In this document: positions 55,867 to 64,000 of the stretch, piece after piece | Numbering within the stretch: position 1 is the first letter of the stretch | How the letters are laid out: each line of letters opens with the position of its first letter | DNA from: an uncultured Oscillospiraceae bacterium | GTDB lineage: Bacteria > Bacillota > Clostridia > Christensenellales > CAG-138 | Assembly (NCBI GenBank): GCA_964411275.1 | Contig: CAYPKG010000009.1 | Location: 1,730-65,729 of the forward strand | Reading direction: 5' to 3' | DNA: 64,000 bases | Program-made: the position numbers and the translations under genes | Notes under the pieces: model-generated | The model's input: the letters and a program-made list of their open reading frames with translations, nothing else | Told to the model about the DNA's origin: nothing | The model's database searches: none

Positions 55867-56871
55867 TCAAATGTAAATATGCATGGCCTTTCTGACCCGC
55901 TCTACGGTCTCATTGCCCACCGTATTCGCTTTATCGCTGCCCGCATGGATGATGTCCTTGACCTCATCGAGGTGGCTTTCGTAATACGCCCGGCGCTCCC
56001 GGATGGGATCCAGCATATCGTTGAGCCTGCTGGTCAACAGCTTTTTGCAGGCCACGCAGCCGATGGACGCGCTTCTGCACATGCTGCAAATATTCTCATG
56101 TTCCGCCTTGTTGAACACCTTGTGATACTCGCTCACCATACAGACGTCGGGATTACCGGGGTCTTTGACGGCGATGCGGTTGGTATCGGTGACGGCAGAC
56201 CAGACCTTTTTCTTGACGGTTTCCACGTCGTCGGAGAGATAGATGGCATTGCCCAGGCTTTTGCCCATCTTGCTGTTGCCATCCAGTCCCGCCAGCCTTG
56301 GGCAGTCGCTGAGCTTGATTTGCGGCTCCACCAGCGTTTCGCCGTACATCTCGTTAAAGCGGCGCACCAGCTTCCTGGTGATCTCCATGTGCGGAGCCTG
56401 ATCCTCGCCCACAGGCACCAGATGCGCGTTGCAAAACGTGATGTCCGCCGACTGGCTGACCGGGTATCCAAGGAACCCGTATGTCATGTCCTCAAAGCCA
56501 TACTGCTTGGCTTCCGTTTTGGTGGTGGGGTTGTGGCGAAGCACGTTTACCGTCACCAGCATGGAATAGAATATGGTCAGCTCCGCGATGGGCTTGACCT
56601 GGGACTGCTGCACCAGCGTGGACTTGTTGGGGTCAAGGCCCACGGACAGGTTGTCGATTGCCACCTGTATGATGCTGTCGCGAATAAGCTCCGGGTTTTC
56701 AAAATGGGTGGTCAGCGCCTGTATGTCCGCAAGCAGCACCCAGGTGTCATACTCATCCTGAAGCGCAACCCTGTTTTGCAGGCTGCCCACATAATGCCCC
56801 AAATGCAGGTGCCCGGTGGGCCGGTCGCCGGTGAGAATGCGTTTTTTACCGGTATCAGGGATGTTGGTCAT
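55867..56871 (-). CDS. trpS: Tryptophan--tRNA ligase
   Basis: HIGH-type GHLHLGHY and KMSKS-type KMGKSLGN. GGAGGA RBS before the ATG at 56871. Confidence 0.95.
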   Translation of the reverse strand: MTNIPDTGKKRILTGDRPTGHLHLGHYVGSLQNRVALQDEYDTWVLLADIQALTTHFENPELIRDSIIQVAIDNLSVGLDPNKSTLVQQSQVKPIAELTIFYSMLVTVNVLRHNPTTKTEAKQYGFEDMTYGFLGYPVSQSADITFCNAHLVPVGEDQAPHMEITRKLVRRFNEMYGETLVEPQIKLSDCPRLAGLDGNSKMGKSLGNAIYLSDDVETVKKKVWSAVTDTNRIAVKDPGNPDVCMVSEYHKVFNKAEHENICSMCRSASIGCVACKKLLTSRLNDMLDPIRERRAYYESHLDEVKDIIHAGSDKANTVGNETVERVRKAMHIYI

Positions 56872-56904
56872 GTCAAATTCCTCCTCGTCGTTGTTTGCTG
56901 GCAA

Positions 56905-57146
56905 TAAAAAAACCGTCCCTCAAAAGGGACGGATCATATACCGTGCCACCCAAATGGCCAGCGCGCACCAGCATGCGCCCCCGGGGTAACGGCCCGGGTC
57001 CCGTCAACGCCTACTTGTCGCCGTTCGGGTTGCCCTCACAAGCCCATTCAACGCGATGTCGGATACCGCATTCCCAGCTTTGGCGGCTCTCTTTGATCGT
57101 CCAGGCGCGTTTACTCTTCTTGTTCAGCGGTTTGCTGTTCTATTGT
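56905..57146 (-). promoter_or_regulatory. T-box riboswitch, Trp specifier (UGG)
   Basis: Minus strand: GAAGAGTA, AGAGA. Specifier context GAA-UGG-G (UGG at 57046-57044). T-box AUUUGGGUGGCACGG (56955-56941, UGGC bulge for a G73 tRNA). Terminator CCGTCCCT/AGGGACGG followed by U8 (56932-56905). Confidence 0.88.
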
Positions 57147-57947
57147 CTGTTCATTATATGCCCCGGCTTCCAAACTGTCAAGGCCATCTGGGCTCTCGCC
57201 CTCTTCCTCTTTTTCCTCCACGGTGGGCCGGAACACGGCGCAATCCTCGCTTTCGGTGGTCCAGTCCCCGGCCACGCCGCAATGGGCCGCGCCCAGCTCT
57301 ACATGGAGCATGGCGATGCCAAAGTCCAGCCGGCCATAGCCATGGTTTGCAGACGTGCACATCAGCCGGATGCTATCCTCCGCAACCTCAAACCGCCAGG
57401 GCTGGGCATTCACCGCAGAGGGCGCCATCCGCGCGCAGGTAAGCGCCCGTTGTTGCCATTGGGGCAATGCCTGGAGCGACTGCTGATCAAGGCCCGTCAG
57501 CCGGCTCAGCGTTTTCCTTGGCCGGGCGGCATACGGCTCTCCCGGCGTGCCGATGGCCAGAATGCAGCGCACGCTTTCCCCTTCCGCAAGGGGAACCGCC
57601 TCCTGCACGACTTTTTTGTTGAACATCCCCAGCCAGCAGGTGCCCAGACCCATGGCCGTACATTCCAGCGCCAGCGCCTCGCCCAGATACCCCGCCGTGT
57701 AGGGCGGCGCATCCTTGACAATGAGCGCCGCAAAGCAATCCGTGCCTTTGATCCGGCCATACCCGAGAAAAAGCGGCGCAAACGCCTTGTGTTCCCTGCA
57801 AAGCGCCACCCGTGCCCCGTTCACGCTCAGCATGTTCGCCATGTCCTCCAGCGCCGCCCATTCCGCGTCTGTAGGCGGGGCGCTGTACTTGCGCACCGAA
57901 AACCGCTGCGTCACAGCAGAATGCCAGCGTTCCATCATAAATTCCAT
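57111..57947 (-). CDS. Nitroreductase-family protein with acidic low-complexity C-terminal tail
   Basis: RFSVRKYS N-terminal nitroreductase motif and APSAVNAQPWRF second-half motif. Tail: VEEKEEEGESPDGLDSLEAGAYNEQTIEQQTAEQEE. Confidence 0.75.
   Translation of the reverse strand: MEFMMERWHSAVTQRFSVRKYSAPPTDAEWAALEDMANMLSVNGARVALCREHKAFAPLFLGYGRIKGTDCFAALIVKDAPPYTAGYLGEALALECTAMGLGTCWLGMFNKKVVQEAVPLAEGESVRCILAIGTPGEPYAARPRKTLSRLTGLDQQSLQALPQWQQRALTCARMAPSAVNAQPWRFEVAEDSIRLMCTSANHGYGRLDFGIAMLHVELGAAHCGVAGDWTTESEDCAVFRPTVEEKEEEGESPDGLDSLEAGAYNEQTIEQQTAEQEE
57153..57181 (-). promoter_or_regulatory. Consensus sigma-A promoter of the trpS T-box leader, embedded in the nitroreductase coding region
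   Basis: Minus strand TTGACA-17 nt-TATAAT (perfect hexamers). Confidence 0.65.
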
Positions 57948-57985
57948 GGCCTTACTCCCCCAAACTTTGCTTCTTATAGCCTACA

Positions 57986-60820
57986 CTATTTCAGCGCTTT
58001 TTTCAAATACTGACCGGTATAACTTTCTGGATTTTTTGAAACCTCTTCCGGCGTACCCTTAGCGATCACCATGCCCCCCCGGTCGCCGCCCTCAGGCCCC
58101 ATGTCGATGACATAATCCGCTGTCTTGATGACGTCCAGGTTGTGCTCGATCACCAGCACGGAGCTTCCGTTTTCGCATAGCCGCTGCAAAATGCCCAGCA
58201 GCCGCTCCACGTCCGCCACATGCAGGCCGGTGGTGGGCTCGTCTAGCACGAACAGCGTTTTCCCGGTGTCCTTGCGGCTAAGCTCCGTGGCGAGCTTGAC
58301 CCTCTGGGCTTCGCCCCCAGAAAGCTGTGTGGAGGGTTGCCCCAGCTTGACATAGCCAAGGCCCACATCGTACAGCGTTTGCAGCTTTTTCGCCAGCCTC
58401 GGCAGCGGCGCAAAGAAATTGAGCGCCTCCTCCACCGTCATTTCCAGCACATCGTAAATGGATTTACCCTTATAGTGTACTTCCAGCGTTTCCCGGTTAT
58501 ACCGCTTTCCGTTACAAACCTCGCAGGGGACATACACGTCGGAGAGGAAATGCATCTCGATTTTGATGATGCCGTCCCCCCGGCAGGCCTCACACCGGCC
58601 GCCCTTGACGTTAAAGCTGAAACGGCCGTTGCTGTAGCCCCGAAGCTTCGCGTCCGGGGTCATGGCAAATACCTCCCGGATGAGGTCAAACAGACCTGTG
58701 TACGTGGCGGGGTTCGACCGGGGCGTGCGCCCGATGGGGCTTTGATTGATGTCGATGATCTTGTCAAGATGCTCCAAGCCCGTTACCCCGTCATTGTCCC
58801 CCGGCCGTGTTTTCGCCCGGTTCAGGTCCCGCAGCAGCGTCTTTTTCACGATCTCGTTGACCACGCTGGACTTGCCGGAGCCGGACACGCCGGTGACGCA
58901 GGTAAAAACCCCCAGCGGGATACCCACGTCGATGTTTTTGAGGTTGTTGGCCCTCGCCCCCTTCACGTGCAGCCATTTCCCGTTGAGCTTGCGCCGCGCG
59001 TCCGGCACGGGGATCGATCGCCGGCCAGAGAGGTACGCGCCGGTGATGGATTTTTCATTGGCCATGATCTCCTCAGGCGTGCCGATGCCGATGAGCTGCC
59101 CGCCATGGGCGCCTGCGCCAGGGCCGATATCCACGATATAATCGGCGTTGATCATCGTTTCCTCGTCATGCTCCACCACGATAAGGGTGTTCCCAAGATC
59201 CCGCATATGCTTTAACGTTTCAAGCAGCCGCGCGTTGTCCCGCTGGTGCAGGCCAATGCTGGGCTCGTCGAGAATATACAGCACCCCCACCAGTCCGGAA
59301 CCGATCTGCGTTGCCAGGCGGATGCGCTGGGCTTCCCCGCCGGACAATGTCATAGCCGCCCTGGACAACGTGAGATAGTCCAGGCCCACGTCCACCAAAA
59401 AGCCCAGCCTGGCGTTGATCTCCTTGAATATCTGGTCGGCAATGATCTTCTGGGCAGGGGAAAGGGGCAGGGATTGGATGTATTTCCTCGCTTCCAGCAC
59501 CGTCATCTCGCTCAATTGGGCGATGTTGCGCCGGTTGTCGCCGGCTCCCACGGTCACGGCAAGGCTTTCGGGCTTTAGCCGCTTGCCCCCACAGTCAGGG
59601 CAGAGTATGTTGGCCATGTACGCCTCGATTTCATGCTTGGAATAATCGCTTTGGGTTTCCCGGTAGCGCCGCTCCAGGTTGTTGATGATCCCCTCAAAGG
59701 CCGTATCGAATGTGCCGCTGCCGTATTCTTTTTGATACGCGATATGCAACTTGGTCTTGCCGGTGCCGTACAGGATGGCGTCCACCGCTTTTTTCGGAAG
59801 CGCCCCGATGGGCGTATCCATGGAAAAACCGATATGCTCCGACAGGGCCTTAAAGTACATGTTGGCCACCGTCCCCTCAGCGGCGCTGTTCCAGCCGGAC
59901 ACGTTGATCCCCCCCTGGTTGAGGGAAAACTCCGGGTTGGGCATAACCAGCTCCGGGTCGATTTTTTGCAGCGAACCAAGCCCCGAGCATGTGGGGCATG
60001 CGCCATAGGGGTTGTTGAACGAAAACATCCGGGGGCTTAGCTCTTCCATGGATACGCCGCAGTCCGCACAGGCGTAATTCTGGGAAAACAGCAGCGGCTC
60101 CCCGTCTACCACGTGGATGATGGCCAGGTTTTCCGCAAGGCGGAAGGCGGTTTCCAGGGAATCGGACAGCCGCCCGTCAATCCCCGGCTTGATCACCAGC
60201 CGGTCCACCACCGCTTCGATGGTATGATTAAGCTTTTTATTAAGAGCCGGCACGTCCGCAATGTCGTACTGCACGCCGTCCACCCGTACCCGGACATACC
60301 CGTCCTTCTTCAGCTGTTCTAAAAGCTTCGTGTGCTCCCCCTTGCGCCTGCGCACACAGGGGGCCTCCACCTGTATTCTCGTGCCTTCCGGCAGCGACAA
60401 TACCTGATCCACCACCTGATCCACAGTCTGCCGGGCAATGGGCTTGCCGCATTTGGGACAGTGGGGCATCCCGCAACGGGCGAACAGCAGCCTGAGATAA
60501 TCGTGTATCTCCGTCACCGTGCCCACGGTGGACCGGGGGTTATGAGAGGTAGATTTCTGGTCGATGGAGATCGCCGGGCTTAGCCCCTCGATATAGTCCA
60601 CGTCCGGCTTTTCCATCTGCCCCAAAAACTGCCGGGCGTACGACGACAGACTTTCCACGTACCGCCGCTGCCCCTCCGCGTATATCGTATCGAATGCCAG
60701 GCTGGACTTTCCCGAGCCTGACAGTCCGGTCATTACAATAAGCTTATTTCTTGGCAGGGTCACGTCGATGTTCTTGAGATTGTGCTCCCTTGCCCCTTTG
60801 ATTACGATGCTATCTTTCAT
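57986..60820 (-). CDS. uvrA: Excinuclease ABC subunit A
   Basis: 944 aa; two ABC modules ([23 protein letters not shown]) and Zn-finger Cys clusters. Confidence 0.97.
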   Translation of the reverse strand: MKDSIVIKGAREHNLKNIDVTLPRNKLIVMTGLSGSGKSSLAFDTIYAEGQRRYVESLSSYARQFLGQMEKPDVDYIEGLSPAISIDQKSTSHNPRSTVGTVTEIHDYLRLLFARCGMPHCPKCGKPIARQTVDQVVDQVLSLPEGTRIQVEAPCVRRRKGEHTKLLEQLKKDGYVRVRVDGVQYDIADVPALNKKLNHTIEAVVDRLVIKPGIDGRLSDSLETAFRLAENLAIIHVVDGEPLLFSQNYACADCGVSMEELSPRMFSFNNPYGACPTCSGLGSLQKIDPELVMPNPEFSLNQGGINVSGWNSAAEGTVANMYFKALSEHIGFSMDTPIGALPKKAVDAILYGTGKTKLHIAYQKEYGSGTFDTAFEGIINNLERRYRETQSDYSKHEIEAYMANILCPDCGGKRLKPESLAVTVGAGDNRRNIAQLSEMTVLEARKYIQSLPLSPAQKIIADQIFKEINARLGFLVDVGLDYLTLSRAAMTLSGGEAQRIRLATQIGSGLVGVLYILDEPSIGLHQRDNARLLETLKHMRDLGNTLIVVEHDEETMINADYIVDIGPGAGAHGGQLIGIGTPEEIMANEKSITGAYLSGRRSIPVPDARRKLNGKWLHVKGARANNLKNIDVGIPLGVFTCVTGVSGSGKSSVVNEIVKKTLLRDLNRAKTRPGDNDGVTGLEHLDKIIDINQSPIGRTPRSNPATYTGLFDLIREVFAMTPDAKLRGYSNGRFSFNVKGGRCEACRGDGIIKIEMHFLSDVYVPCEVCNGKRYNRETLEVHYKGKSIYDVLEMTVEEALNFFAPLPRLAKKLQTLYDVGLGYVKLGQPSTQLSGGEAQRVKLATELSRKDTGKTLFVLDEPTTGLHVADVERLLGILQRLCENGSSVLVIEHNLDVIKTADYVIDMGPEGGDRGGMVIAKGTPEEVSKNPESYTGQYLKKALK

Positions 60821-60994
60821 GCTTTTTCTCCCTTAGGGAAACTTTTTGGTTTTCCTAAGAACCCTTCAAAAACTTATTCCGGCTCCGCCGGCTTTGCCGG
60901 TGGAACGGATCGGCCCAAGTGGCCGTTTCCTTTCGCGGTTTACCGCCCGCATCCTTTGGATGCAGGCAAACCGTGCAAGCCCGCCACAGCGTCC

Positions 60995-61024
60995 CCGTCG
61001 ATAAAGCCTTGGCTTTGTCGATGG
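60995..61024. repeat. 30-nt palindromic element, copy 2 (2 nt after the uvrB stop codon)
   Basis: CCGTCGATAAAGCCTTGGCTTTGTCGATGG; its reverse complement is 27/30 identical to 3429-3458. Confidence 0.6.
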
Positions 61025-61026
61025 TT

Positions 61027-63054
<2,028 letters not shown>

Positions 63055-63075
63055 ATGGGCCTCCTCTTAAGGGAA

Positions 63076-63357
63076 TTAAATTGTGTAATCCACGCTGACC
63101 GTGCCAATGCGCCGTGGCTTGATAAACCCCCGGCACGCAAGATGCGCCGGATGCTCATCATAGGCATGCAGGCCCGCGATATCGTCAAATGTGGCGATAG
63201 CCACCAAGTCAAAGGAGCGTTCGCTTGTCAGCTCGTTCACGCCTACTTCTATGCTGCGCAGCGTCGGCACAACCCCCAGCAGCCCCCGCAGCATTCCCGC
63301 GGCTTCCACAGCGTCCTCTTTGTTTGCAAACTTCTGGCATACCACATGTCTGAACAT
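63076..63357 (-). CDS. Dabb (stress-responsive A/B barrel) domain protein
   Basis: 93 aa; MFRHVVCQKF...SFDLVAIATFDDIAGLHAYDEHPAH is the typical Dabb pattern. Confidence 0.8.
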   Translation of the reverse strand: MFRHVVCQKFANKEDAVEAAGMLRGLLGVVPTLRSIEVGVNELTSERSFDLVAIATFDDIAGLHAYDEHPAHLACRGFIKPRRIGTVSVDYTI

Positions 63358-63396
63358 CCTTATTAGCCTCCTGCTTCTTTATATAATACCGTATCG

Positions 63397-63425
63397 ATTA
63401 TATCAAACGATTTACCGAATTGCAA
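63397..63425 (-). promoter_or_regulatory. sigma-A-type promoter of the dabb-uvrB-uvrA cluster
   Basis: Minus strand TTGCAA-17 nt-TATAAT. Confidence 0.6.
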
Positions 63426-63436
63426 ACTTTTGTTCG
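63423..63436 (-). promoter_or_regulatory. LexA (Cheo-type SOS) box overlapping the -35
   Basis: Minus strand CGAACAAAAGTTTG versus the Firmicute consensus CGAAC-N4-GTTCG (one mismatch). Confidence 0.6.
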
Positions 63437-63547
63437 TTGATTTTCCCAATTTCCAGCATTCCACATCTTGCCGGAAAACCGGGGAAATGTTAGCGTATAT
63501 ATATACGATTGTATTGTGTAAGTTAAAGCTCATTGGGAGGTGTTTTC

Positions 63548-63721
63548 ATGACCATCGCTTTCCTGTTTTGCGCGGGGCTGATCCCGCTGGTTCCGCTGTT
63601 CGGGGTGGACATTTTCCGCCGCCGAAAGGACCGGGTACGAAAAAACGTGTGCTGGGGGCTGTTTGCGCTGCAATTGGTGCTAAGCATACTCTATGCCCTG
63701 GCATGGCTGAGAACCCATTAA
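63548..63721 (+). CDS. Small hypothetical membrane protein (2 TM)
   Basis: 57 aa; GGGAGG RBS 7 nt before the ATG; followed by a strong terminator. Confidence 0.45.
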   Translation: MTIAFLFCAGLIPLVPLFGVDIFRRRKDRVRKNVCWGLFALQLVLSILYALAWLRTH

Positions 63722-63750
63722 TATAATATAATCCTTTTCTCCATCCGCAT

Positions 63751-63781
63751 AAAAAAGACGGATTATTTTCCGTCTTTTTTT
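63751..63781. terminator. Bidirectional Rho-independent terminator
   Basis: AAAAGACGG/CCGTCTTTT stem flanked by an A-run and a T-run; serves convergent genes. Confidence 0.8.
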
Positions 63782-63806
63782 ATTCACACATTCACAATAA
63801 GAATGG

Positions 63807-64000
63807 TCAGGGTGCTGGCTCCGGGGCGGGCTCCGGGTTGCGGTTTCCCAGTTCGCTGATGACAATGGACCCGAATATCAGGAGAAATCCCACGGCAAAC
63901 TTCAGCGTAAACTCTTCATTCAGCAGCAATATCCCGAACAGGCACCCAAAAGGCGCTTCCGTGCTCATCAAAAGCGAAGCATGGGCGGGCGGCGCATATT
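63807..64000 (-). CDS. EamA/DMT-family transporter, C-terminal fragment (5' end outside the window)
   Basis: Minus-strand frame is open to the window edge. It reads ...SLLMSTEAPFGCLFGILLLNEEFTLKFAVGFLLIFGSIVISE..., the typical last EamA repeat. Stop TGA at 63809-63807. Confidence 0.6.
   Translation of the reverse strand, partial: YAPPAHASLLMSTEAPFGCLFGILLLNEEFTLKFAVGFLLIFGSIVISELGNRNPEPAPEPAP

Noticed and set aside
55777-58013. 376-aa (55777-56907) and 372-aa (56895-58013) ORFs on the + strand
   Set aside because: They are antisense to trpS, its T-box and the nitroreductase. The real genes carry diagnostic motifs (HIGH/KMSKS, T-box), and the + frames have none.

Overview
64-kb chromosomal segment from a high-GC (about 60% in hand-counted lines) Clostridia-type Firmicute. 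The organism cannot be named from the sequence alone. All family calls come from motif and synteny recognition by eye; no searches were run, and RNA ends and promoter calls are approximate.

Gene content is mostly core housekeeping:
- flippase fragment, mazG/yabN, hup, a TSUP permease, and a long-type SRP RNA hidden in a convergent gap
- two PrsA/SurA-like lipoproteins, a P-type ATPase, pth-mfd, typA, a sortase, an HD protein, spo0A and a YugP-type peptidase
- T-box(Ile)-ileS and a malic enzyme
- a ~1.5-kb low-GC islet carrying a Vat-type streptogramin A acetyltransferase
- a 9-gene V/A-type ATPase operon
- the block upp-rpiB-ywlE-tsaC-prfA-capA-prmC-DUF1385-rpmE
- a 6-gene aromatic operon (DAHP synthase-aroB-aroA-aroC-pheA-aroK)
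- a beta-eliminating lyase, cvpA, tetR plus an SGNH hydrolase, gdhA, and T-box(Trp)-trpS
- a dabb-uvrB-uvrA-nitroreductase cluster behind a LexA-box promoter

No rRNA, tRNA, CRISPR array, transposase or integrase was seen.

Most interesting observations:
1. A Tyr-specifier (UAC) T-box riboswitch drives a lyase that carries tyrosine phenol-lyase, not tryptophanase, specificity residues. A nominally degradative enzyme is therefore wired for induction by tyrosine starvation. It sits next to an aro operon that has pheA but no tyrA.
2. The Spo0A orthologue has Gly (GGG) at the phospho-acceptor position (D56 in B. subtilis), while the rest of the receiver pocket and the DNA-binding domain are intact.
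3. The aro operon has an unclassified ~215-nt leader with an intrinsic terminator 40 nt before the start codon. Two related long palindromes lie just upstream of it.
4. A perfect consensus promoter and the start of the trpS T-box lie inside the acidic C-terminal tail coding region of the upstream nitroreductase.
5. A V-type, probably Na+-binding, ATPase operon occupies the conserved upp-adjacent position where Bacillus has the F-type atp operon.
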